From contig OZ024741.1 in the NCBI GenBank assembly GCA_964016885.1, positions 348,378,001-348,442,000 of the forward strand: a stretch of 64,000 nt of DNA. The letters run 5' to 3'. Below are positions 28,178-43,100 of the stretch, in pieces. Numbering within the stretch: the stretch's first letter is position 1; each line of letters opens with the position of its first letter. The notes beneath the pieces are model-generated. The model saw only the letters and a program-made list of their open reading frames with translations, was not told the DNA's origin and made no database searches. The position numbers and the translations under genes were made by a program. Source of the DNA: Eledone cirrhosa. Taxonomy: Eukaryota.

Positions 28178-29987
28178 TCATGTATCAGCAGAGATGTGAG
28201 CGTCTTTCAGAGAGGCTTTCAAGGAATTCTTATACCTCTTTTTTGGTTCATGTGGCGGTCGTTTTCCTTTAACCAACTCTCCATAAAAGAGTTGTTTTGG
28301 TATTCTAGAATTCTTCATCCTGGCAAGGTGACCACTCCAACGGAGTCGTTGCTTAAGCACAAGAGCTTCTATACTGTCACACATAGAGCTTTCCAAAATC
28401 TCGACATCACTGATGTGGTCCCTCCAGTGAACGCCATGGATCCGTCTGAGACACATCTGATGGAAACGCTCCAATTGCTTAAGGTGGTGTCGATATGTGA
28501 CCCAGGTCTCGCAGGCATAAAGAAGACAAGAGAGCACACATGCCCTGTACACCTTTACCTTTGTCCTCCTGCATATGTCTCGCCGACCCCAGAGTCGCCT
28601 TTCTAGCTTTCCGAAAGCATCACTTGCTTTCCTAATTCTAGGTGAGATTTCACTGTCAAGGTTGCTGTATCGATTGACAGTGCTTCCCAGGTAGACAAAC
28701 TGATCAACCACTCCAAGTCGTTTGCCATACACATAGATGTTTGGTTCAGTCTACTGCTTACCAGGGGCAGGTTGGTACATGACGACGGTTTTCTTGAGAC
28801 TGACAGTCAGACCTAGGGCAGTGCAAGCGTCAGAAAATGTATTCAAAATGTGCTGCACATCACTCTCTGTGTGCGCTACAAGATCGCAATCATCTGCATA
28901 AAAGAGGTCTCTTATGATTGATGTAAATACTTTTGTCTTCGCAGCAAAGCGCCTGATGTTAAATATGCTGCCTGAGGTTCGATATCGGATGTAAACACCA
29001 TGCTCGCAATTCCTGAATGCAATACAGAAAACCATTGCAAAGTATATGGCAAACAGGGTCGGTGCTGGAATATCCCCCTGTTTCACTCCATTTTTTACTG
29101 AGATAGACTCCGACATGTTACCCCCGACATTAACTCAAGCCTTCATGTCGTCATGGAAAGACCTAACTAAAGCAAGGAACTTATCAGGGCAACCAAGTTT
29201 CTGGTGAACCTTCCATAATGCATCTCTGTTAACAGTATCGAAAGCTTTTGTCAGATAAAAACCTGATACAGATCCAAGCCTTGTTCCATGCACTTCTCCT
29301 GGAGCTGTCTAGCTGAGAAGATGATATCAGTAGTGCCGCGTCCAGCACGAAAACCAGATTGACTTTCAGGAAGAACACAACTGCAATGTGTGTCAGCAGA
29401 CGGTCCAGAAGCACCCTACATAAAACTTTCCCTACGACAGAAAGCAATGATATACCTCTGTAGTTCCCACAATCGTTCCTGTTACCCTTTCCCTTGTACA
29501 AGACCACCATTACTGCATCTCTCCAGTCCTCAGGTACGGATTCATTAGCCCATATCCTACCAAACAAAGAGTGAAGATGTTGCAGGAGTCTCTCACCACC
29601 ATATTGTAGGAGCTCAGCATGTATGCCATCCATACCCGGAGATCTTCCACTTTTCAGCTTCGAAATAGCCACTGCAACCTCCACAAGCATCGGAGGTCCT
29701 GCGAGAGCTACTTTCACAGGACTTTCTGGAATGAGAATGAGATTGAGAAAATCTTCACTGACGACAGACGGCTGATTCAAAGGATCATCGAAGTGCTCTC
29801 GCCACCTTCGTAGAATTCCTTGTGAGTCACGAAGAAGTTCTTTGCCATCCTTGCTGCGAAGCGGTGTCACCAGAGAAGAAGACGGTCCATAAACCTCACG
29901 CAAGAGACTGTACAACAGCTTTGTGTTATTGGAATCAGACGCAGTTTGTATCTCACCAGCCTTCTCACTCCACCACTGATCCTTCAT
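28178..29987 (-). pseudogene. RTE ORF: reverse transcriptase (three frameshifted or stop-interrupted pieces)
   Basis: ORFs 29229-29987, 28751-29116 and 28178-28732 carry consecutive RT motifs. Confidence 0.9.
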
Positions 29988-30201
29988 CTAAGAAAGACTC
30001 CGCCTAACACGTGATTTTACATCCCTGAATTCCTCATGCAACGTATTCCTCTCCTGTGGTTTTGCCGTCAAGTAGCGTGACAGAGCACGCCTCTTATCAG
30101 CCAACAAGTCTTCTATATGTACATCATTCTCATCAAACCAGTCCTGATGTTTCCTCTGCGCCAATCCCAGAACACGCCTGCCTACATCATAAACCGACTT
30201 T

Positions 30202-31263
30202 TTAAGGGTCGGCCAATCTCACAAGATCTGCAGCCTGCATCTCTTCTTCGAATGTCCTCTTCACATTTTTATCCTTAAGATGAGCAGCATTCAATCTTTT
30301 GGGCAGGGCAACACCAGGTGCCCGGATTTTACGTTTAGTGATTAGTTTCACTTTTGCGCGTACCAGGCGGTGGTCCGTCCAGCACTCAGCACCACGAAGA
30401 ACACGAACACACTGCACATCCTGTCTGTCACGCATCCTGACTGGGACGTAGTCCAAAAGATGCCATTCCTTAGATGCAGGATGCATCCATGTGGTCTTGA
30501 ATGTGTTCTTTTGTTGGAACATGGTGTTGGTAACACACAGATCCAGCACCTCACACATCTGCAGCAGGAGCATACCATTGCTGTTACGCTTTCCCACCCC
30601 ATGCCTTCCGATTACATTCCATGTGTTAAAATCCCTACCCACTCTAGCATTAAAGTCACCAAGCACGATGACTTTGTCTGCCTGAGGGATATTTCTTAAA
30701 ACACTTTTCAAGGCATGGTAAAAGGACACCTTTTCCTCATCGACAGAACTCATAGTTGGAGCATACACACTCACCAGGGTAGCACATCTTCCCTTGTCCA
30801 GCGGAACTCTCATGGACATAAGACGCTCACTAATCCCTACTGGGAATTCTTCTAATTTGTTCACAAGCACGGTCTTAACAGAAAATCCTACCCCAGCCTC
30901 TCTTCTGGTTCCTTCATCTCTTCCTTTCCAGAAGAATGTATATTCTCCACAAAATTCCGTAAGATGACCATCTCCAGCTAGCCTCGTCTCAGATAAAGCC
31001 ACGATGTCAAGATCGTAACGTCGAAGCTCCTTTGCAACAAGAGCGGTCCTTCGTTCAGGACGCCCCAAGGAATCCCTGTCAAGCAGCGTCCGTACGTTCC
31101 AGCAGCCAAGACTAAATGCCTTGTTTGGCTCTATTACAATGGCACGATGACGAGCGGGCCCAGGCTGTGATAACCTGGGACCCCTGCCCTTATTGCCAAT
31201 GATCTTTTTTGTTCCAGAACCTAAATTGCCAATTATCTCTTTTATATTGTTCTGGAACATCAT
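30202..31263 (-). pseudogene. RTE ORF: apurinic-like endonuclease domain
   Basis: 353-aa ORF with canonical APE motifs; frameshifted before the RT domain. Confidence 0.9.
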
Positions 31264-31300
31264 TGAATTGAAAAAAAAAAAAAAAAAAAAAAAAGTAATA

Positions 31301-31336
<36 letters not shown>

Positions 31337-31889
31337 GTACACTATTGATAATTATTAATGCACTCGTGCAATGTCTGTGCGTTACGAATATGTTTAAAGT
31401 GAGGAAAGACTGTGCACTGAGCCAATCCCACTCTCTGAGCGACAGTAGCTATAACCCGAAAAGAAGAAAAGATCAACATCATCGGTAACTACTGAGCCAC
31501 AGGTTTTATGTCGGAGTTAACCCAGTTTCCTGAGATGCGTTCTCCTAGAAGAATTCCCTGACAAGGGCTAGGGGTTCTTCACTCCCAGTGGTTTAACTGC
31601 GCGATCGGGCATCCAGCCCGATGATTTCTGTCCCCGCGCCCAAAAAGAAAAAAAAAAATCACTTATTGACACTTATACGTACGACACACACACGCGCATA
31701 CATATACGCACACACAGCAACACTCATACATACAAACAAACACACACACGCTACTCTACTCACTTACACACACACACATATATATATATTACCGTCATTA
31801 CTGATACAAGATTACAAGATTATGTCAACTGTTGACTTTCAAGAGTTTGTATAGTTGAAGCCGATCGTACTACAGTCCAGTATTATTAT

Positions 31890-32045
31890 AATTGCTTTAC
31901 AGCATAGATTCACGGCCCTCCACGCTCTGAGCTCAAATCCCGCCGAGATCAACCTTGCCTTTCATCCCCACGGAGTCAACAAAAGAGAGTACCACTGATG
32001 CGCTGGGTCAGTCGCTGGATCCGTGCCAAAAGCAGAAAAATTATT
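31890..32045 (+). mobile_element. SINE fragment
   Basis: GAGCTCAAATCCCGCCGAGATCAACCTTGCCTTTCATCCCCACGGAGTCAACAAAAGAGAGTACCAC..GTGCCAAAAGCAGAA, same family as 22525. Confidence 0.7.
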
Positions 32046-32766
32046 ATTAAAGTAGTTTTCTTAAGGCCCGGTCGCTGGTGATGGTGATGGCGGCGGCGGT
32101 AGTGGTGGTGGTGGTAGTTGATGTTGTTGTTGTGTTGTATGCGTGTGTGTGTGTGTTTTGTTATTTTGAGTTTGTTTTTTTTTCGCTTTTCTTTCCCTTC
32201 CCTTTCTTTTTTTATCTTTTGATGCCGATGTTGTTGTTGTTGTTGTAAATGTTCATTTTAGTTCATTCTGAAGCTGTTGTTGCTGTAAACATTAGTGCCG
32301 GTGTTGTTGTATAGATGTTGGGGTTGAAATCTGGTCGTTTGACTGAGTGATGTATATACACACATATACACACATTCAACAGAGAGTAGAGAGTTTGACA
32401 ACAGGTCGATGACTTTAGTCTAGATAGGGTAATGACATATGATGGTGGGGAGAGAGTGTAGACGTTATTGTGGTGGTGGGGGACAGTGAGATGTATCTAG
32501 TTCATTTGACCGTTTTATTCTCTTAGCAAAATTTGAATTTTAGCGAAATTCTCTTAGCAAAATTTGAATGTTATATTGAGATGTAAGTAAATGTAAAATG
32601 TAAGATATAAATAAGGATTGCTCTGCTAAAATATACTGTCGTGACATTCCCGAGTCCAGTGACCAACAAATTGTTGTATTTTGATGTTTCAGAATACAAA
32701 AATTAATTAAAAACTTACCCCACGAAAAGACAGCGTATGTTGTCCTATCTATAAGCTCCCTCATAC

Positions 32767-32801
<35 letters not shown>

Positions 32802-32922
32802 TACATATATATATATATATGTATATATATACATGTATGTATATTTATATATATGGATATATATATGTATATGGATATATATATATATACATATATACAT
32901 ACATATATATATGTGTGTATAT

Positions 32923-35410
32923 ATAACTTTGAATAACTTTGAATAACTTTGAAATGTTTTGGCCAGTATTGGCCCAGGCCATGTCTAACTTAATAGCACC
33001 ACCTGGCGAAGTCTTTCAATTCAGGATTTGGGCACCATGGCCCATTCGAGAAGAGAATTACTGTTTGCGGAGACATATCCGGGTGTGGGTGGTTTGTCCG
33101 GGATTACTTGGAGGAATTTGTCCAAAGACTTCTTGAATTTTGTGTGGTCAGTTTCTGTTTTGACGTGTCCTGGTGTGATGTTGAAGAGAGCAGGGCCGAT
33201 TGAGGTGAAATAATTGTGCCGTATTGTTGTTATGAGTTGCGATTTAGATTTTTGAATGGGACGGATAGCACGGGGCCCAAGCCTTGGGTGTATCTTGAAG
33301 GCGATGCCAACATCATTTGGGCAGTGATGATGGAACATTTTCCACATCATGCAGATAATATAACGCTCACGGCGACGTTGGAGTGAGTAAAGTTTCAGGT
33401 TTTCCAATCGACCCCAGTAGTCAAGGTCTGACATGCCATCTATCTTTTTCGTGATTGCCCTTTGAGGAGCTTCAAGTTTCATGATACTTTGTTTCATGTG
33501 GGGAGACCACAGTGGACAACAGTATTCAAGGTGTGGTCGGGCGAAAGTAGAGAAGAGAAGGATAATGGTGCGGGAATCTCTCGACTGGAAGGTTCTGAGG
33601 ATCCAGGAACACATTCTGCGGGCCATGTCAACTTTGCTGCTTATATGCGTGGTCCAGCTTATGTTGCTGTCCACGGTTACTCCCAAGTCTCTGATGTTGT
33701 TAGATGCCACGAGAGTTTCCCCGGAGGGAAGGGAGTACGGGAGTTTCAGAGCATCCTCTTTTCCAAAGTGGATCAGTTCGAATTTGTCTTCGTTCAGTAA
33801 CATGTTGTTCTTTTCTGCCCATTGGGTAACAGCCAGTAGGTCTGACTGAAGGCTTATCCGGTCATCCACGCCATTGATGACCTTTTGGAGCTTGGAATCA
33901 TCAGCGAAAATTTTAATGTTGCTGTGTTTGATGATGTCAGTGATGTCATTAATATAGATGATGAAGAGAAGTGGGCCCAACACAGTGCCTTGTGGGACTC
34001 CACTACTGACTTTGGCTGGGCTTGATTTGACTCCCTCAACTACAACATGTTGGGTTCTGTTTGACAGGAAGCTCTTGATCCACTGCAGCAGCTTTCCAGT
34101 GACACCAATATTGGACAGCTTTCTCAGTAGAATGTTATGATCAACCCTGTCAAAGGCCTTGCTGAAATCAAGGTAGATAACATCAGTGTTGGAACCCTCT
34201 CCCAAGGCTCTCAAAATGTCATCAAAGTGATGCAGTAGTTGCGTCAGGCAATCCCTTCCATTACGGAATCCATGCTGGTTGGAGTTCAGCATATTGTTAC
34301 TCTCAAGGAAGTGGGTCATTCGCGATCTCACCACTCGCTCAAATACCTTAATGATATGAGAGGTGAGTGAGATTGGACGGTAATTCACGGCAAGGGATTT
34401 GTTTCCCTTTTTGAAAACTGGGACAACAGACTGGGATAGAAGGTTTTCTGGCACATATCCAGCATCCAGTGAGTTCCGCCACAGATTGGCAAGAGGAGAA
34501 GCAAGTTGGTGTTGACACGCCTTCAAGACACAAGCAGGGAACCTATCGGGACCTACTGCTGAATTATGCTTGATTTCCTTTATTGCCGCCAAGACATCAG
34601 GGGCGCCAAACGTTATGTCCGATAAGGTGTAATGGGGAGTAACATCGCCGATACAGCCCAGATCGGCCATATCAGGATTGCTGAAAACAGAGCAGTATTG
34701 TTTCTGCAGTATCTCACCCATGGTTTTAGCATTGTCTTGAAGAGTGCCATTTTCATCAATTAGAGGGCCAACAGTAGAGCCAGTGATTTTGTGTTTTTTT
34801 GCAAATGAAAAGAACACTTTGGGATTGAGTTTGATCTTCTCAATGGCCCAGGCCTCTTCAGCTCTTCTCTGATTGTTGATGAGGGACATTATGTTGTTTT
34901 GGAGGTTATGTTTTTTAATCTCTAGTGATGAAATGGCAGTCAAGTTGATGTGTTGCTGCTGACAGTATTTCAGATTGTTGATTTTTTTGTTCGTTCTCTT
35001 AATTTTTCTGATGAGCGTTTTTCTATTTCTAGGGATTCTGCTCTTAGATTTGTTTATAGTTCTTAATGGGGTGTGTTTAGCACATATGTTTGTAACAGTG
35101 TCCACAAATGTCTGCCAGGACTTTTTGATGTTAGTGGGTGTATGAGTGTGCGTGAAGGACCAGTCGACATGTGCAAGATCATGACTGATCGCTTCCCAGT
35201 TTGCATTGTGGAAATCCATAGCGTCAAACGGATGGACAGGAGAAATGACATTGGGTTTGTATATTGGACGGTGGAATCTCAGATCACAGAGAACCATGTC
35301 ATGATCAGAGAGTAGAGTTTTCTCCACTGCAATATTGTGGATATTGTCAGTGTGATTGCTGAAAATTAAGTCTAGGACGTTTTTGTGGCACCTCGTTGGT
35401 TCAAGCACTA
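32923..35410 (-). mobile_element. 5'-truncated CR1-group LINE with (TTCAAAGTTA)3 tail
   Basis: Uninterrupted 795-aa ORF2, short 3' UTR and a tandem 10-bp tail at 32923-32953 abutting (TA)n. Confidence 0.9.
33021..35408 (-). CDS. CR1-group ORF2 (end of endonuclease plus complete reverse transcriptase)
   Basis: [78 protein letters not shown]; no internal stops. Confidence 0.92.
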   Translation of the reverse strand: MLEPTRCHKNVLDLIFSNHTDNIHNIAVEKTLLSDHDMVLCDLRFHRPIYKPNVISPVHPFDAMDFHNANWEAISHDLAHVDWSFTHTHTPTNIKKSWQTFVDTVTNICAKHTPLRTINKSKSRIPRNRKTLIRKIKRTNKKINNLKYCQQQHINLTAISSLEIKKHNLQNNIMSLINNQRRAEEAWAIEKIKLNPKVFFSFAKKHKITGSTVGPLIDENGTLQDNAKTMGEILQKQYCSVFSNPDMADLGCIGDVTPHYTLSDITFGAPDVLAAIKEIKHNSAVGPDRFPACVLKACQHQLASPLANLWRNSLDAGYVPENLLSQSVVPVFKKGNKSLAVNYRPISLTSHIIKVFERVVRSRMTHFLESNNMLNSNQHGFRNGRDCLTQLLHHFDDILRALGEGSNTDVIYLDFSKAFDRVDHNILLRKLSNIGVTGKLLQWIKSFLSNRTQHVVVEGVKSSPAKVSSGVPQGTVLGPLLFIIYINDITDIIKHSNIKIFADDSKLQKVINGVDDRISLQSDLLAVTQWAEKNNMLLNEDKFELIHFGKEDALKLPYSLPSGETLVASNNIRDLGVTVDSNISWTTHISSKVDMARRMCSWILRTFQSRDSRTIILLFSTFARPHLEYCCPLWSPHMKQSIMKLEAPQRAITKKIDGMSDLDYWGRLENLKLYSLQRRRERYIICMMWKMFHHHCPNDVGIAFKIHPRLGPRAIRPIQKSKSQLITTIRHNYFTSIGPALFNITPGHVKTETDHTKFKKSLDKFLQVIPDKPPTPGYVSANSNSLLEWAMVPKS

Positions 35411-35453
35411 GTTGGGATAGGAAGAAATATATATATATATATAATTATATATA

Positions 35454-37198
<1,745 letters not shown>

Positions 37199-37935
37199 TT
37201 GTTCAATTAAATACAATTTAAATGAAGATAAATAGAAATAAGAAAGAGAGTTAACCACCAATTAAAAAATATCATTAAATATCATGTAAATATATAACAA
37301 TTAAATAAACGAAATAAAATTAAATGAATAAACATGTATAGGCCCTGTGTTCTAAAAATACATATGCAAGGAATAATAAGATACGTAAATAAATAAATTT
37401 GAAATGAATGACAATATGAAGAAATAAATAAAAAATATATATGAATATTCTTATGTAATTTAATTGATGACTACAAAATTAAAATACAAGCAAATTTATA
37501 AGGAAAAGCCGTAATAAAGAAACGAATGATGTGAATTATTCTGTATACTAAGGAATATTACAGAGAAAATCATAGATAATAAAGCAGATATTAAACTAAG
37601 ATCAAAGTTATATTTTTAGTTACGTCATACTGTTATTTTTTTTATTTCCTTATATTTGCCTCTGAATCAATCAGAGTGTAATATTATCTCACTTCCTTCA
37701 CTATTGTTATAAATTATTCTCTTTCCCCAACATCTTCATCACCTTGAACGCATTTGTATGCACATATCCACACAAATCCTTACATTGTTATTCCTATCTC
37801 TCACCCCCAATACATCTTTGTTTTGTCCTCTTCGCTATTTATGGACTGTTATATGCATATGAATATATATCTAAATCTCTCTCTCTCCCTCACTCTCTCT
37901 CTCCCTCTCTATCTTTCTCTCACTCTCTCTCTCGC

Positions 37936-37969
<34 letters not shown>

Positions 37970-38584
37970 CGTGTGTGTGTGTGTGTGTGTGTTTGTATGA
38001 CTTGTGCCTGGCTATGAATTTATTTAATCTGTTTCATCTGACGCTCAGTTAATGCAATGAATAATACCAATCTTTATTTCGGATTTCATTCTTAATCTCT
38101 CGCGTATATATATATATATACATACATATATATATATACACACACACACACACATAAATATATATATATATATATACATAAATGCATGGATATGTATATC
38201 TGTGTGTGTGTTTGCGTGTGCGTGTTTGTGCAAATATGTATGTATGTTCGTGTGCAGGTATAATTGTGTTAATGCGTCATTGTTTATGTGTACCGTCGAG
38301 TTCGCTCATGTGACTACGTATCTATTAATTCACTTTAAAAAAAATTCATTGCAACTATAAAAGATGAAACACTGACATACAAATATACAAAACGTGTACG
38401 CATACCTACCCACATATTATGTGGGTCTAAGTGTGTGTCTATACAAATAATCATATTTTGTAAAAATATTTATTAATTCACATAGTAATTATATACAAAT
38501 ACACACAGTAATATATATATATATATATATATGTATATGTGTGTATGCGATATTGTGTGTGTGCGCGTGTGTTTGTGTATATTA

Positions 38585-38629
<45 letters not shown>

Positions 38630-38662
38630 CATATATATACATGTGTCTGTATATATATATAT

Positions 38663-38738
<76 letters not shown>

Positions 38739-38753
38739 GTGTGTGTATATATC

Positions 38754-38838
<85 letters not shown>

Positions 38839-39409
38839 GTATATGTGTGTATGCGATATTGTGTGTGTGCGCGTGTGTTAGTGCGTGTGTATGTGTTTGT
38901 GCATGGGCTTTTGTTTGAATCTTTGTCCGTGTTCATTTCAGTGTTTGCTTCTCTACGTATGTAAGTGTGGCGTGCATCTATTGACCGAACTGAAAGCTAT
39001 GTGGCGTATTATATAATTTCAACTACTGAACTCGGATAAAAAATATATAGTGAATCGTTGCTAATCGGATCAGTGACGCGATCGCGTATCTTTACCTTCA
39101 TCTTACCTTCCCATATCTGTTCATCTTATTGATATTTTTCATACATATAATTATAGACACACACAAACGCACATACACATACACAAACACACGCACACAA
39201 GCACACACGCACACACACCTGCTCCGGAGTAGATTCTTATTCTCTCCTTACACAACATTTATCATCTATTGTCTGACATCTACAACCTCATTCCTATTAT
39301 AAAATCATGCATGCATTCATATACACAGGCATACAAACACGCTTGCATGCAGCCTCCCTCCCACCCTCACTCACTTCCTCTCTCTCTCGCTGCATATGTC
39401 CATATATAT

Positions 39410-39472
<63 letters not shown>

Positions 39473-39788
39473 CATACATATATATATAAATATAAAAACA
39501 AATAACGAAACGAAATTAAATTTCGTTTCGTTTGTAACTCACTTTTGTATGACTGACGCTTAAACAATTAAGTTAAAGATGTACATCCATATATGTATAC
39601 TGAAATACTAGTATGTATATGAATACACACACGTATACATATGTAGATGTACCAAGATTTTTTCACTGGTCACTTTACTGTGAGTGGCCAGCTATTCTGT
39701 ATGTAAACACACAGACAAACCGGTTTTTAGAGTCATACTGGTTTTTGAGGAAACACCTTTCCTCTATTCTCCAGAAAGCCAGACAAGC

Positions 39789-39833
39789 AATATTGAACTA
39801 GTTTCGTTGTTGTTACAACTCATCAGCAATATT
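39789..39833 (-). ncRNA. Minimal type I hammerhead ribozyme (inverted array copy)
   Basis: Exact reverse complement of the unit hammerhead. Confidence 0.8.
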
Positions 39834-40134
39834 TACCTATCTTCCGGCCTCTCTAGAGAATCGTAAAAGCACATATCGCTATATGCTTTTTCTATTTCAG
39901 TATACATATATGGATGTACATCTTTAACTTAATTGTTTAAGCGTCAGTCATACAAAAGTGAGTTACAAACGAAACGAAATTTAATTTCGTTTCGTTATTT
40001 GTTTTTATCGTCTCCGTTGAACCGGTACTTACTCACACTCTATGCAAGTTAGTCTGCCCACTACTAATTTTCATAGAAAAAGCATATAACGATATGTGCT
40101 TTTACGATTCTCTAGAGAGGCCGGAAGATAGGTA

Positions 40135-40179
40135 AATATTGCTGATGAGTTGTAACAACAACGAAACTAGTTCAATATT
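40135..40179 (+). ncRNA. Minimal type I hammerhead ribozyme, unit 1 (identical copies start at 40605, 41074, 41517, 41987, 42456, 42899, 43368, 43838)
   Basis: Helix I 7 bp (AATATTG/CAATATT), core CUGAUGA, helix II 5 bp, GAAA, palindromic mini helix III ACUAGU, GUU triplet (predicted cleavage after 40172). Confidence 0.85.
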
Positions 40180-43100
40180 GCTTGTCTGGCTTTCTGGAGA
40201 ATAGAGGAAAGGTGTTTCCTCAAAAACCAGTATGACTCTAAAAACCGGTTTGTCTGTGTGTTTACATACAGAATAGCTGGCCACTCACAGTAAAGTGACC
40301 AGTGAAAAAAAAACTTGGTACATCTACATATGTATACGTGTGTGTATTCATATACATACTAGTATTTCAGTATACATATATGGATGTACATCTTTAACTT
40401 AATTGTTTAAGCGTCAGTCATACAAAAGTGAGTTACAAACGAAACAAAATCTAATTTCGTTTCGTTATTTGTTTTTATCGTCTCCGTTGAACCGGTACTT
40501 ACTCACACTCTATGCAAGTTAGTCTGCCCACTACTAATTTTCATAGAAAAAGCATATAACGATATGTGCTTTTACGATTCTCTAGAGAGGCCGGAAGATA
40601 GGTAAATATTGCTGATGAGTTGTAACAACAACGAAACTAGTTCAATATTGCTTGTCTGGCTTTCTGGAGAATAGAGGAAAGGTGTTTCCTCAAAAACCAG
40701 TATGACTCTAAAAACCGGTTTGTCTGTGTGTTTACATACAGAATAGCTGGCCACTCACAGTAAAGTGACCAGTGAAAAAAAACTTGGTACATCTACATAT
40801 GTATACGTGTGTGTATTCATATACATACTAGTATTTCAGTATACATATATGGATGTACATCTTTAACTTAATTGTTTAAGCGTCAGTCATACAAAAGTGA
40901 GTTACAAACGAAACGAAATTTAATTTCGTTTCGTTATTTGTTTTTATCGTCTCCGTTGAACCGGTACTTACTCACACTCTATGCAAGTTAGTCTGCCCAC
41001 TACTAATTTTCATAGAAAAAGCATATAACGATATGTGCTTTTACGATTCTCTAGAGAGGCCGGAAGATAGGTAAATATTGCTGATGAGTTGTAACAACAA
41101 CGAAACTAGTTCAATATTGCTTGTCTGGCTTTCTGGAGAATAGAGGAAAGGTGTTTCCTCAACAACCAGTATGACTCTAAAAACCGGTTTGTCTGTGTGT
41201 TTACATACAGAATAGCTGGCCACTCACAGTAAAGTGACCAGTGAAAAAAAACTTGGTACATCTACATATGTATACGTGTGTGTATTCATATATGGATGTA
41301 CATCTTTAACTTAATTGTTTAAGCGTCAGTCATACAAAAGTGAGTTACAAACGAAACGAAATTTAATTTCGTTTCGTTATTTGTTTTTATCGTCTCCGTT
41401 GAACCGGTACTTACTCACACTCTATGCAAGTTAGTCTGCCCACTACTAATTTTCATAGAAAAAGCATATAACGATATGTGCTTTTACGATTCTCTAGAGA
41501 GGCCGGAAGATAGGTAAATATTGCTGATGAGTTGTAACAACAACGAAACTAGTTCAATATTGCTTGTCTGGCTTTCTGGAGAATAGAGGAAAGGTGTTTC
41601 CTCAAAAACCAGTATGACTCTAAAAACCGGTTTGTCTGTGTGTTTACATACAGAATAGCTGGCCACTCACAGTAAAGTGACCAGTGAAAAAAAAACTTGG
41701 TACATCTACATATGTATACGTGTGTGTATTCATATACATACTAGTATTTCAGTATACATATATGGATGTACATCTTTAACTTAATTGTTTAAGCGTCAGT
41801 CATACAAAAGTGAGTTACAAACGAAACAAAATCTAATTTCGTTTCGTTATTTGTTTTTATCGTCTCCGTTGAACCGGTACTTACTCACACTCTATGCAAG
41901 TTAGTCTGCCCACTACTAATTTTCATAGAAAAAGCATATAACGATATGTGCTTTTACGATTCTCTAGAGAGGCCGGAAGATAGGTAAATATTGCTGATGA
42001 GTTGTAACAACAACGAAACTAGTTCAATATTGCTTGTCTGGCTTTCTGGAGAATAGAGGAAAGGTGTTTCCTCAAAAACCAGTATGACTCTAAAAACCGG
42101 TTTGTCTGTGTGTTTACATACAGAATAGCTGGCCACTCACAGTAAAGTGACCAGTGAAAAAAAACTTGGTACATCTACATATGTATACGTGTGTGTATTC
42201 ATATACATACTAGTATTTCAGTATACATATATGGATGTACATCTTTAACTTAATTGTTTAAGCGTCAGTCATACAAAAGTGAGTTACAAACGAAACGAAA
42301 TTTAATTTCGTTTCGTTATTTGTTTTTATCGTCTCCGTTGAACCGGTACTTACTCACACTCTATGCAAGTTAGTCTGCCCACTACTAATTTTCATAGAAA
42401 AAGCATATAACGATATGTGCTTTTACGATTCTCTAGAGAGGCCGGAAGATAGGTAAATATTGCTGATGAGTTGTAACAACAACGAAACTAGTTCAATATT
42501 GCTTGTCTGGCTTTCTGGAGAATAGAGGAAAGGTGTTTCCTCAACAACCAGTATGACTCTAAAAACCGGTTTGTCTGTGTGTTTACATACAGAATAGCTG
42601 GCCACTCACAGTAAAGTGACCAGTGAAAAAAAACTTGGTACATCTACATATGTATACGTGTGTGTATTCATATATGGATGTACATCTTTAACTTAATTGT
42701 TTAAGCGTCAGTCATACAAAAGTGAGTTACAAACGAAACGAAATTTAATTTCGTTTCGTTATTTGTTTTTATCGTCTCCGTTGAACCGGTACTTACTCAC
42801 ACTCTATGCAAGTTAGTCTGCCCACTACTAATTTTCATAGAAAAAGCATATAACGATATGTGCTTTTACGATTCTCTAGAGAGGCCGGAAGATAGGTAAA
42901 TATTGCTGATGAGTTGTAACAACAACGAAACTAGTTCAATATTGCTTGTCTGGCTTTCTGGAGAATAGAGGAAAGGTGTTTCCTCAAAAACCAGTATGAC
43001 TCTAAAAACCGGTTTGTCTGTGTGTTTACATACAGAATAGCTGGCCACTCACAGTAAAGTGACCAGTGAAAAAAAACTTGGTACATCTACATATGTATAC

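Larger units (their letters stand above)
27293..31641 (-). mobile_element. Near full-length RTE-clade LINE (APE endonuclease, RT, C-terminal C2H2 fingers), frameshifted
   Basis: APE motifs GCWNVRTL, ALSETR, VSVYAPT, LGDFNARVG, TDHRLV (30202-31263). RT motifs SPGMDGI, NYRGISLL, GVKQG, FYADD, FVYLGS, RLRWSGH, PKQLFYGEL (28178-29987). C2H2 ORF at 27719-28075. Putative UTRs at 27293-27718 and 31264-31641; outer limits approximate. Confidence 0.9.
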
